Assembly: GCA_902470365.1 (NCBI GenBank) | Contig: CABRFZ010000008.1 | Span: forward strand, 3,748-67,747 | Reading direction: 5' to 3' | Length of the DNA: 64,000 nt | Source: an uncultured Collinsella sp. | GTDB lineage: Bacteria; Actinomycetota; Coriobacteriia; Coriobacteriales; Coriobacteriaceae | Part shown: positions 1-8,315 of the stretch, in pieces | Position numbering within the stretch: position 1 is the stretch's first letter | Layout of the letters: each line of letters starts with the position of its first letter | Made by a program: the position numbers and the translations under genes | Notes under the pieces: generated by a model | What the model was told of the DNA's origin: nothing | The model's input: the letters and a program-made list of their open reading frames with translations, nothing else | Databases searched by the model: none

Positions 1-668
1 ACGACACCTGGGGCACCGAGCTGACGTTTGGCTTTACGAGCGCCATCGACGTCGCCACCAAGTGCATCGACGACATCCACACTACCGCTTCAAGCCATGG
101 GCGCGTATTCGTTATCGAGATCATGGGCCACAAGGTTGGCTGGATCCCGCTGTACGCCGGCGTCGCGGGCGGCGCGGATGTCATCTTGATTCCCGAGATC
201 CCCTACGACATGGATAACGTCATCAAGACCATCGAGCATCGCATGGAGACCGGCAGCCGCTTTACCATCGTGGCCGTCGCCGAGGGCGCTATCTCCAAGG
301 AGGACGCGGCGCTGTCCAAGAAGGAGTACAAGAAGAAGCTCGCCGAGCGCACGAGCCCGTCAATCGTGTACGACATCGCCAAGGAGATCGAGGCCAAGAC
401 CGGTCGCGAGACCCGCGTCGCCATCCCCGGCCACACGCAGCGTGGCGGCCAGCCCGACGCTCAGGACCGCATCTTTGCGACCCAGTGCGGCGTCGAGGCC
501 GCGCTTGGCTGCCTGCGTGGCGAGTTTGGCTACATGATTGCCCTGCGTGACGGCAAGATGTGCCACATGCCGCTCGAGGATGTCGCCGGCAAGCTCAAGT
601 ATGTCGACCCCCAGAGCGATCTTGTGCGCGAAGCCAAGGCATTGGGCATCAGCTTCGGCGACGAATAG
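1..668 (+). CDS. pfkA: ATP-dependent 6-phosphofructokinase, C-terminal part (5' end lies outside the window)
   Basis: Frame 3 is open from base 3. The translation DTWGTELTFGF..VFVIEIMGHKVGW..PGHTQRGG carries PFK family motifs. Stop TAG at 666-668. Confidence 0.9.
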   Translation, partial: DTWGTELTFGFTSAIDVATKCIDDIHTTASSHGRVFVIEIMGHKVGWIPLYAGVAGGADVILIPEIPYDMDNVIKTIEHRMETGSRFTIVAVAEGAISKEDAALSKKEYKKKLAERTSPSIVYDIAKEIEAKTGRETRVAIPGHTQRGGQPDAQDRIFATQCGVEAALGCLRGEFGYMIALRDGKMCHMPLEDVAGKLKYVDPQSDLVREAKALGISFGDE

Positions 669-843
669 CCTCGGCCGAAACTGCTCTCATCGGAGGCCCC
701 AGGGCTTACCTCCCAAATCGTCCTCGGACATGTCAAGACCCCGCTGCGCGCTTCGCGCGGCGGGGTCCTTCCGTCCTGCGGAAAGATTTGGGAGGTAAGC
801 CCTGAGGCCTCCTGCGGTAACTAGGGAGGTCGAGGCTATTCGT
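661..843 (+). repeat. Nested-palindrome 3' element, family A copy 1 (three stem tiers)
   Basis: Three stem tiers: 661-676/829-843, 692-719/785-812 (27/28 complementary), and apical hairpin 738-768. Core motifs are CGTCCTCGGACATG and CCTGCGGAAAGATTTG. Confidence 0.85.
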
Positions 844-872
844 CTTCTTGCTGCGGGTGCCTGGTCTGAAAT

Positions 873-943
873 TAAGTTGCGGTGAAATAGTTCCTGCTTA
901 GCCCGCAAATGGCTGAATCTAAGAACTATTCCACCGCAACTTA
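873..943. repeat. Family E hairpin (AGTTGCGGTGRAATAG arms), copy 1
   Basis: taagttgcggtgaaatagttc (873-893) is complementary to gaactattccaccgcaactta (923-943) at 20/21. The same 16-mer recurs at 56677-56745. Confidence 0.75.
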
Positions 944-1272
944 CGAATGATCGGAGCGGCTACAGCACAAGCGTCGGCGTTCGTTTGATGGTCCGCCACG
1001 AAAAGGAGCCATCTACTACGTTTAACTCGATGGGGCCAACCATGACCGCCTTTTTCGAAAATCGACAGGCCTTCTACCTTCGGTTTTATTTTTCGTTTTC
1101 CCGGTATGGTTGAGGGTATCCAATTAAACGTAGTAGATAGGCCCGTTTTGTGGCATACAACCCATTCAAGCCCAATCTCGAAGGCTAAAGAGCGCCTCTC
1201 ATCCACGCCTGAGAGCGAAAAGCAAATAGAATAAAAGGCAAATGAAAAGCCCGTTTGACGAGCGGAGGACAT

Positions 1273-1593
1273 ATGCGCGACGTAGCCGAAAGCGACTGGA
1301 AACTGTTTAAGAAAACGCTTCCTCAATGGCAAGAACGTTATATGGAAAAGCTCATCGGCCAGTACGTTGAGATACTGAATGGCGACAGCGAAGCGTCCAG
1401 TAGATTTTGGGCACTAGAAGAGAGCCTCAATAGAGACAAGCTGTCCTCAGGCGTAATTGCAAACGACATTCGCCGCAGCACAATGCACCGCGAGATAGCC
1501 AATTTGCTTATCGACAGTGTGATCACCCTTGACGACCTTGACGGTTTTACCGAGGACATTAAGAGCTATGCGCAACACTGGATTGGCCAGTAA
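1273..1593 (+). CDS. Small conserved hypothetical protein (106 aa) in a lower-GC patch
   Basis: ATG at 1273 preceded by GGAGGA. The protein MRDVAESDWKLFKKTLPQWQERYMEKL.. is compositionally plausible. I cannot assign a family. Confidence 0.5.
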   Translation: MRDVAESDWKLFKKTLPQWQERYMEKLIGQYVEILNGDSEASSRFWALEESLNRDKLSSGVIANDIRRSTMHREIANLLIDSVITLDDLDGFTEDIKSYAQHWIGQ

Positions 1594-1665
1594 GAGCACC
1601 GAACGACAAACATCCCCAGCAAAACGGGGCAAACGCCGGGCCACCTATAGGCTGCCCGGCGTTTG

Positions 1666-1711
1666 CCCAGATAAAACCTGTCAAAATAAACCTGTCCCTT
1701 TTTGGCAGGTT
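1666..1711 (+). repeat. Family B 46-bp element (CCCAGATAAAACCTGYCAAAATAAACCTGTCCCTTTTTGG..), copy A
   Basis: Near-identical to 33503-33548 and, as reverse complement, to 5231-5276 and 38935-38980. Its end embeds the stop codon of the permease gene at 1710. Confidence 0.85.
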
Positions 1712-4487
1712 ACTCGGCGCTCTTGAGGGCGCCGACCATGTCGATCTTGTTGAGGGTACGATTGGTGGCGAGGTTGACGATAAACGTAAAGCCAAAGGCC
1801 AGCAGCACGGCGAGCACGTAGCTCAGTGGCTCGACCTCGACGTCAAAGTACAGCGACGGCATCTGCAAAATGTAGGTAAAGCTCTCGGCCAGCAAGCCGC
1901 CCAGCGGCACGCCCAGCGCAGCGCCGATCGCCGTGAGGATCAACGTCTCCTTGTTGACGTAGTGGTGCACCTCGCCACGGCGGAAGCCCAGCACCTTGAT
2001 GGTCGCCAGCTCGCGCTCGCGCTCGGAGATATTCGTGTTGGACAGCGTAAACACCACCACAAACGATAGGCACGCCGCCATAAAGGTCACGAGCACCACG
2101 ACGGAATTGATGATAGTGAAGTTCGCCTCGAAGTTCTGCCAATGTTCAGCCGTGCTCGAGATGGTGAGCCAACCGTCGCTCTTAAGCTTCTTGCTAAACG
2201 CAATCTGATCGGCCGACGAGCCCTTAAGCAGCACAAAGACGCCGTTAAGGCGCGCGCTTCGACCGAACGCGCGCTCATAGGTGCCCTGCGTCATGTAAAG
2301 CGTGTTGCCCAGATAGTTGAGCGAAATGTCGCTGACTTTGACCTTGGCTACGTTGAGCGACGAATCCTGGACGTGTGCCGTATCGCCCGGTTGAATCCCC
2401 AGTACCAGCTGTGAACTCTTGCTCAGATACACATCTCCGTCGCGCAAAGATAGAGGCTCTTTGGACTCATCCTCGAGACGCACGTAGTCGTCCAGGTCGT
2501 TCGTGCGGTCATCGGGCACCACGATCAGCTGCACGGTCTCGCTCTTGCCGCCAAATGTAAAGGTGACGTTGTCGGTCATAATCGGCAGCGTCGAAGTCAC
2601 GGTCACGTCGGAATCCTTGGCTGCGCTTCGCTCGTCGAGCGCCGCGCACGTCTGCGAAAAATCGTCGGGATTGGCAACCGCCAGCAGGTCATAGCGCGTG
2701 ATATGCCCGTACTGCTTGGGCGAAAGCGCGACCGACGTATCACGAATGCCCATGCCGCAAATCACAAGCGCCGTACAGCCCGCGATGCCAAAGATGGTCA
2801 TAAAGGCGCGCTTTTTGTAGCGGAAAAGGTTGCGTGCAGCGACCTTGTTCAAAAAGCCCATACGGTGCCAGATAAAGCCGATGCGCTCAAGCAAAATGCG
2901 CGAGCCGGCACGCGGGGCCTTGGGACGCATGAGCGAGGCTGGGGTCTCGGCCATCTCGTGGCGGCAGGCGATAATCGTGGCGCCCACCACGCCCACGGCA
3001 AACAGCGCCACCGAGACGATTGAGGACACGATGTCGTACGAAAGCAGCATCTGGGGCAGTGAGTACATGTCGTCGAACACCGTGAACAGGAACAGTGGTA
3101 GGCCCACAAATCCGACAATGTTGCCAAGCACGCCGCCGATCAGACAAGCCCACAGTGAATAGTTCACGTATTTGGACAGGATACGCCCGCGTGAATAGCC
3201 GAGCGCCTTGTACAGACCAATGAGCGTGCGCTCCTCCTCGACCATGCGCGTGGCGGTGGTAAGGCTAATGAGCACGGCGACGACAAAGAAGATGAATGGG
3301 AAAACCGTGGCGATGGCTTCGATCGAAGAGCTGTCGCTCTCCACGCTCGAGTAGCTTGTGATGCTATCGCGGTCCTGGATGTACCAAGTGCATTCGCCCA
3401 GATCGGAAAGCTCGGTACGGGCATCGGCAAATTGCTGGTCGGCGGCCGCGCGGCGCTGGTTCAAATCGGCCTGTGCCTGAACGCGCTCCTCGCTGCCCTC
3501 GGCCATGCGATTGATGTTGTCCTGCTCAACCCCAAAGAGCATATTCGCCTGGCGCTCGGCCGCATCCAAGCTTGCCGGTGTGTCGACCGTCAGTTCCTGA
3601 ACACGCGCCTTCTCGCGCTCGTCGCGGATCTCCTCGATATTACTCTTGACCTCGTTGATCTTTGTCGTGTAGGCATCGGAATAGGAGTTGAGGCTCTTGG
3701 CTCCCTCGACGATCACGTGGACGGCGGAGTAGGAGGAAGATGTCGCGGCATCCTCGCTCACATAGAACCTATAGTCCGCAGCCGAAGCAGCGCGAAAGTC
3801 GTTGACGGTCGAGTCGGAGCTCACATCAGTGGGGTCGAGGACCTCGGCCGTAATGATGTAATCGCCCGCGGCAAACTGGTCCTTAGCGCTTTGGTTCGAC
3901 GAGCTCGCATCATTGGCGGCAAAGCTCACGGTATCGCCGAGCTTTTTGCCCGAAGCCTTCAGGAACTTCGATGTCACCGCAACCTCATCGGCGCTCTCGG
4001 GCAAATCGCCGTTCACGAGCACCGGCTGATCGATGTTCTCCTTGGAGAGACTTTGCACGACCACGCGCTCGCGCGTTGTGCCCACGGCGGTGTAGGCGGT
4101 CTCGGTGTAGATACCCTCGGCCGTCTCGACGCCGTCGACCTCTTGGATAGCCGCAAGATCGTCGCGCGTAAAGCCATAGGTCGACTGCACGTTAATGTCA
4201 TAGACACTCTGCTGGTCAAAGTAGGCGTCAACCGAATCGCGCAGATCCTCGCAGCCCGCCTTAAGGCCGCACATCACGCTCACGCCAAGCGCGGTGATGA
4301 CCACGATTGACAAGAAGCGCTTAAGACTGCCTCGGATTGTGCGGTAGATGCCACGGCGAAAAACCGTCGGGACCATATCGTTTGAGCTTTGAGCAGTGCG
4401 GTAGGTCGCGAACTCCCAGTCGCGGTCTGCGTGCTCCGTATCGTGGTTTTGGCTGTTTTGGCGGTCTTGGTCCATGGGCGCTACCAC
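1710..4487 (-). CDS. ABC transporter permease, MacB/FtsX-type with two FtsX modules (925 aa)
   Basis: Long ORF with TM clusters and large extracytoplasmic loops. It overlaps the upstream ATPase stop (GTG 4487; alternative ATG at 4475). Confidence 0.8.
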   Translation of the reverse strand: MVAPMDQDRQNSQNHDTEHADRDWEFATYRTAQSSNDMVPTVFRRGIYRTIRGSLKRFLSIVVITALGVSVMCGLKAGCEDLRDSVDAYFDQQSVYDINVQSTYGFTRDDLAAIQEVDGVETAEGIYTETAYTAVGTTRERVVVQSLSKENIDQPVLVNGDLPESADEVAVTSKFLKASGKKLGDTVSFAANDASSSNQSAKDQFAAGDYIITAEVLDPTDVSSDSTVNDFRAASAADYRFYVSEDAATSSSYSAVHVIVEGAKSLNSYSDAYTTKINEVKSNIEEIRDEREKARVQELTVDTPASLDAAERQANMLFGVEQDNINRMAEGSEERVQAQADLNQRRAAADQQFADARTELSDLGECTWYIQDRDSITSYSSVESDSSSIEAIATVFPFIFFVVAVLISLTTATRMVEEERTLIGLYKALGYSRGRILSKYVNYSLWACLIGGVLGNIVGFVGLPLFLFTVFDDMYSLPQMLLSYDIVSSIVSVALFAVGVVGATIIACRHEMAETPASLMRPKAPRAGSRILLERIGFIWHRMGFLNKVAARNLFRYKKRAFMTIFGIAGCTALVICGMGIRDTSVALSPKQYGHITRYDLLAVANPDDFSQTCAALDERSAAKDSDVTVTSTLPIMTDNVTFTFGGKSETVQLIVVPDDRTNDLDDYVRLEDESKEPLSLRDGDVYLSKSSQLVLGIQPGDTAHVQDSSLNVAKVKVSDISLNYLGNTLYMTQGTYERAFGRSARLNGVFVLLKGSSADQIAFSKKLKSDGWLTISSTAEHWQNFEANFTIINSVVVLVTFMAACLSFVVVFTLSNTNISERERELATIKVLGFRRGEVHHYVNKETLILTAIGAALGVPLGGLLAESFTYILQMPSLYFDVEVEPLSYVLAVLLAFGFTFIVNLATNRTLNKIDMVGALKSAE

Positions 4488-5182
4488 TCGATCGTCTCGA
4501 TAGGCACGGGATTTTGCTGGACCGTCTCGCTCTCCACGCGGCCGCTCTTAAAGCGGATCAGGCGATCGGCCATGGGCGCCAGCGCGGAGTTGTGCGTGAT
4601 GATAATGACCGTAATGCCCTGCTTGCGACACGTGTCCTGTAGCAGCTGCAAGATCTGCTTGCCGGTTTTGTAGTCAAGCGCGCCCGTGGGCTCGTCGCAC
4701 AAAAGCAGCTTGGGGTTCTTGGCCAGTGCGCGTGCAATGGACACGCGCTGCTGCTCGCCGCCCGAAAGCTGCGCCGGAAAGTTAGCAAGGCGGTCGCCCA
4801 GGCCAACCTGACGAAGCGTTTGCTCGGCATCGAGCGAATCAGGGCAAATCTGCGCCGCAAGCTCGACATTTTCGAGCGCCGTCAGGTTGGGGACCAGATT
4901 GTAGAACTGGAAGACAAAGCCGACGTCGGCACGGCGGTATTCCACGAGCTGCGCCTCGTTGGCGGAGCTCACGTCGCGCCCGTCCACCGTCACAGTGCCG
5001 GAGGTTACCGTATCCATGCCACCCAGGATGTTGAGCGCCGTAGTCTTGCCGGCACCCGAGGCGCCCAGGATAATGGCGAGCTCGCCGCGCTCAACGGTAA
5101 AGCTCGCGCCGTCGAGCGCGTGAATGCGGGCATCGCCCTCGCCGTACGCCTTGATGACGTCTTTGAATTCGATATAAGCCAT
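4481..5182 (-). CDS. ABC transporter ATP-binding protein (MacB/LolD-like)
   Basis: Walker [10 protein letters not shown], signature LSGGEQQR, Walker [12 protein letters not shown] at 5182. Confidence 0.9.
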   Translation of the reverse strand: MAYIEFKDVIKAYGEGDARIHALDGASFTVERGELAIILGASGAGKTTALNILGGMDTVTSGTVTVDGRDVSSANEAQLVEYRRADVGFVFQFYNLVPNLTALENVELAAQICPDSLDAEQTLRQVGLGDRLANFPAQLSGGEQQRVSIARALAKNPKLLLCDEPTGALDYKTGKQILQLLQDTCRKQGITVIIITHNSALAPMADRLIRFKSGRVESETVQQNPVPIETIEW

Positions 5183-5230
5183 CGATTAATTCCCATCTGG
5201 TCGGATAACTCCTTAGTATTACCCATTTCG

Positions 5231-5276
5231 CACCGACCAAAAAGGGACAGGTTCATTTTGGCAGGTTTTATATGGG
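5231..5276 (-). repeat. Family B 46-bp element, copy B (inverted relative to copy A)
   Basis: The plus strand reads caccgaccaaaaagggacaggttcattttggcaggttttatatggg. It lies about 50 nt upstream of the ABC ATPase start. Confidence 0.85.
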
Positions 5277-5453
5277 GAAATGGCAGCCATAGATGAGGCG
5301 CCGGGAAGGCAGAGAAATCATCGACGGGGTCAGGCCGACCGCCAAACACAACGCATGCATCTCAATCTGTCAGCCAAATCATTCGAACAGCTGTTCGTTT
5401 CTATGATATGATTCCGCTATCTAAGCAGGCCAATACGCAGAAAGGCGGCCAAA

Positions 5454-6092
5454 ATGGCGTTCGACTTTAAGAAGGAATGCAAGGAGCTCTACAAACCTGC
5501 AAGCAAGCCGAGTATCGTAACTGTCCCGCCTATGAGCTACGTTGCCGTTCGCGGCAAGGGCGACCCAAATACCGAAGGTGGCGAGTATCAAAACGCCCTG
5601 CCGCTGCTTTACGGAATCGCCTATACCGTCAAGATGTCGAAGAAAGGCTCAAGGAGTATCGAGGGCTATTTCGACTTTGTGGTACCGCCGCTCGAGGGTT
5701 TCTGGTGGCAAGACTCCCCGAGTGGCGACATCGATTATGTACGCAAGGACGATTTCAACTTTATCTCGTGCATCCGCCTGCCCGATTTCGTCAGCCGAGA
5801 TGATTTTGACTGGGCAGTCGCGGAAGCCACGACCAAAAAGAAACTGGACTTTTCCGCCGTCGAGCTGCTTAAAGTTGACGAGGGTCTCTGCGTTCAATGC
5901 ATGCATACCGGACCCTACGACAGCGAGCCGGCGACCGTAAACGCTATGCATGAATACACGACCGAGCAGGGCTATGTCCCCGACTTCTCAGACACCCGTT
6001 TTCATCACGAAATCTATCTCTCCGATCCACGCAAATGTGCACCGGAGAAACTTAAGACTGTGGTTCGTCATCCCATCAAGCGCGCTGAATAG
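5454..6092 (+). CDS. GyrI-like small-molecule-binding domain protein
   Basis: MAFDFKKECKELYKP..VRGKGDPN..PPLEGFWWQ..HHEIYLSDPRK matches my recollection of the GyrI-like/effector-binding family. ATG at 5454. Confidence 0.75.
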   Translation: MAFDFKKECKELYKPASKPSIVTVPPMSYVAVRGKGDPNTEGGEYQNALPLLYGIAYTVKMSKKGSRSIEGYFDFVVPPLEGFWWQDSPSGDIDYVRKDDFNFISCIRLPDFVSRDDFDWAVAEATTKKKLDFSAVELLKVDEGLCVQCMHTGPYDSEPATVNAMHEYTTEQGYVPDFSDTRFHHEIYLSDPRKCAPEKLKTVVRHPIKRAE

Positions 6093-6263
6093 CGTGGAGC
6101 GCCGCCCCGTGCATCAGGTTTTAGGCCAGTCAACCAGCCGCCTCCTAGGCCGTCCGGTAATTATCTTGACGCGGCCCGTCGCATCTTATGAGTTTGTCTT
6201 GCTAAAGCTGGAAAGCCTCTCAACGATGCGCAACTCCAGCTCTTTTTCTATCAAGAGGCTTAA

Positions 6264-6620
6264 ATGAAATACCAGAAGTCGCGGATATCCATCAACAAAC
6301 GAATAGCACTATTGACAGAAAACAAGGGTCTTAAGTGCTCTGATCAAAGCGAACTCGAGCGAGTTTTGGTCGAAGCCAACCACTACAGACTGTCGGCCTA
6401 CTGGTTTCCCTACAAAACCAAATGCAAGTCCGGGATTACCATCTTTCGCGAAGGCACAACATTCGAAACCATCATCTACACGCATGAATTTGACCGAGCC
6501 CTCCGGCAGTTAATGTTTGATGCGGTCGGCAGTGCGGTCGGCAGAATTGAGATCTACCTCAGAAGCAGAATTGCCTATCTTGCCTCTGAGGAACGCGGGC
6601 CTTTCTGTTACCAAGATGTC
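6264..6620 (+). pseudogene. Abi_2 (AbiD/AbiF-like abortive infection) gene fragment, N-terminal ~115 aa only
   Basis: KRIALLTENKGLKC..HYRLSAYWFPY..EFDRALRQLMFD resembles Abi_2 N-termini. Similarity is lost near 6610-6630, where GC content jumps. Confidence 0.6.
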
Positions 6621-6838
6621 GCCATAACGAGGCTCAACTCGGCATGCCCGTCGAGCTCTGCGCCGCACTGGGCTACGCAGCCGTCTTTGGCAGCGCCACC
6701 AACACGCTGCTCGCGACCATCCTTATCGGTTGCGAGGTCTTCGGTTTCGGTAATCTGCCGGCGTTCTTCATCGTCTGCGTTGTGGCTTACCTGTTCAACA
6801 TGGATAAGTCCATCTACGCCCTGCAGGAGCGGGCGTAG
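6590..6838 (+). pseudogene. C-terminal remnant of a ClC-type chloride channel gene
   Basis: MPVELCAALGYAAVFGSATNTLLATILIGCEVFGFGNLPAFFIVCVVAYLF resembles the last helices of ClC channels. The upstream ~350 aa are absent. Confidence 0.55.
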
Positions 6839-6860
6839 ATCGATGTCCAGGCAGGTGGTC

Positions 6861-7016
6861 TCAGCCGGAAACGGCGTCCCACTCTGAGGCTGTATTCCGG
6901 GACACGGTTTCCGCTTGGAACGCCATTCGGAAAGCGAATCCCGCTTTAAAACGGAATTCCGGGACGTAGTTTCCGTCTGAGCCTCCATTCGGAAAGCATG
7001 TCCCGTTCTTTCACGG
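6861..7016. repeat. About 2.5 tandem copies of a ~62-bp hairpin unit
   Basis: Units 6894-6955 and 6956-7016 (attccgggacNNNgtttccg..cattcggaaagcNNNtcccg) plus a partial unit at 6861-6893. Each unit is internally palindromic. Confidence 0.75.
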
Positions 7017-7044
7017 CATCTTGGCTATGCAAAGCGCTCGAGTG

Positions 7045-7623
7045 TTACTCCTCGTACGCGCCCTCAAGCCGAAGCAGCCACTCTTTGCGATCAAGTCCGC
7101 CGGCATATCCGTTGAGCGAACCATCGGCGGCAACCACGCGATGGCACGGCACAATGATCGAAATGGGATTTCGCGCGACCGCAGCCCCCACCGCACGAGG
7201 AGACACAACGGGAGCCTCGTTTCCCGGCACACGATGCCGAGCTGCAATACGCTGGGCAATCTCACCATACGTAGCGACCTCGCCACGCGGGATAGAAAGC
7301 AGCTCAAACCAAACCTCGCGCTGAAACGCCGTACCAATCATATGCAACGGCGGCGTAAACCGAGGCTCCTGCCCCGCAAAATAAGCATTCAGCCAAGCCC
7401 ACGAACGCTCAAGCACCGAAGAAGCCGCGCCATTTGCCGGACTCACCGACGACATGCCGCCAGCACCAGAAACCGCATCGGCGCCTTCAACATGTTCGGG
7501 ATCTTCTTTGAGAAGCGTGGAGCCAAAGTGCTCCTGCCCCTCAAACCAAAGCCCCGTCAAACCGCGGCCATCAGCGGCAAGCAGGATTTCGCCCAAAGGC
7601 GAAGCAAACGTCGTCGTGACCAC
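7045..7623 (-). CDS. ogt: Methylated-DNA--protein-cysteine methyltransferase
   Basis: Active-site motif IIVPCHRVV and the C-terminal LLRLEG. GTG start at 7623. Confidence 0.85.
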   Translation of the reverse strand: MVTTTFASPLGEILLAADGRGLTGLWFEGQEHFGSTLLKEDPEHVEGADAVSGAGGMSSVSPANGAASSVLERSWAWLNAYFAGQEPRFTPPLHMIGTAFQREVWFELLSIPRGEVATYGEIAQRIAARHRVPGNEAPVVSPRAVGAAVARNPISIIVPCHRVVAADGSLNGYAGGLDRKEWLLRLEGAYEE

Positions 7624-7788
7624 CAGCGGCTCCCTTCAAAACTCCGCAACATAATACCGCGAATTGTGCAGACAACCCCGCAGATACGTCTGGGCGGGCT
7701 CGCAATTGCTTAAGCGAGGCTGTTTTCCCCAATCAAGCGAAGAAGACGCGGGGCTTCGACGCCAGAGCGGTACCTCTATCAGCTGAGC

Positions 7789-7960
7789 TCTAATACTTTC
7801 CCGAGAAGTGAACGAGTAAAAACGAAGCCCCAGAGCATCCGCACCTTTAGACCGCAAAACCGCAGGATTCGCACAGCAAAACCTCAGGAAATAGCGGTCA
7901 AAAAATGCCAATGCTTCGGGGGTCAAAATAAGGTCGTTCACTTCTCGGGAAAGTATTAGA
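7789..7960. repeat. 27-bp perfect inverted repeat pair with a 118-bp spacer
   Basis: tctaatactttcccgagaagtgaacga (7789-7815) is the exact reverse complement of 7934-7960. Confidence 0.8.
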
Positions 7961-8173
7961 CCCCGATTCGCACCAGCCCCAAAGTCACCTCAGGCAGCAG
8001 GCGCGAACGCGCCGCAGCTGCCGGACACGCCCCGCAGTCCCCCAAGGCGGCAGGCGCGAAGCGCCGAGGCCGCCGCCGGGACCAGGGCCCACAACAGCCA
8101 CGTGCTCCCATCAGCCCAGCGGCCCCAACCAACAACGGCCCCATCGCAGACCGCTCGCAGCCGAGTCACCGCA

Positions 8174-8303
8174 GGCGGGGGCCGGGCTTAGCTTTCAGAA
8201 CACTCCGCAGACCAGTGTGGCGCCTTGTCCGCGGCTCCGAAGGAGCAGGACAAGGCGCCACACATGGTCGAGGACGTTCTGAAAGCTAAGCCCGGCCCCC
8301 GCC
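8174..8303 (-). repeat. Nested-palindrome 3' element, family A copy 2
   Basis: Arms 8174-8201/8276-8303 are 28/28 complementary. The core is TCCGCAGACC..CATGGTCGAGGACG. It lies just downstream of the asd stop. Confidence 0.85.
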
Positions 8304-8315
8304 GGACAGGTCACA

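Noticed and set aside
661-843. Family A elements as ordinary Rho-independent terminators.
   Set aside because: None of the five copies is followed by a U-tract in the host-gene direction. The stems are far longer than typical terminators and carry a conserved internal loop. A terminator-only explanation does not account for the conserved asymmetry.
919-1332. 137-aa ORF on the minus strand in the low-GC patch.
   Set aside because: It overlaps the better-supported 1273-1593 ORF and two palindromes. It has no SD or family resemblance and is likely spurious.
1666-1711. Family B core as a sigma-70 promoter (TTGCCC-17 nt-ATAAAC, or a TATAAA -10 in the 5231 copy).
   Set aside because: The hexamers are poor and not consistently positioned. 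Two of the four copies would fire antisense into the ends of convergent genes. This cannot be supported from sequence alone.
1666-5276. Interpreting the inverted family B (and family D) repeat pairs as ends of composite transposons.
   Set aside because: There is no transposase or integrase in or near the bracketed segments, and I could see no target-site duplications. The repeats also occur as single 3'-UTR-like elements. The idea is kept only as a low-confidence possibility in the findings.
6264-6887. The 207-aa track ORF as an intact gene.
   Set aside because: Its C-terminal half (..SACPSSSAPHWATQPSLAAPPTRCSRPSLS..) is an out-of-frame read of ClC-coding DNA. Only the first ~115 aa look like a real (Abi_2) protein.
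6861-7016. Possible CRISPR array, because of tandem palindromic repeats.
   Set aside because: There are only ~2.5 contiguous units with no unique spacers between them, and no cas genes in the window.
7745-7800. tRNA-like stretch: the minus strand reads TAGAGCTCAGCTGATAGAGG, resembling a tRNA D-arm.
   Set aside because: I could not fold an anticodon arm, a T-arm (no GTTCGAATC-like loop) or an acceptor stem around it. It is probably coincidental or a very degraded fragment.
7636-8144. ORFs 7636-7941 (-) and 7956-8144 (-) as coding genes.
   Set aside because: Their composition is implausible (Cys/Arg/Pro-rich). The first spans the 27-bp IR element and the second lies in GC-rich tandem hairpins. 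Neither has an SD or a recognisable motif.
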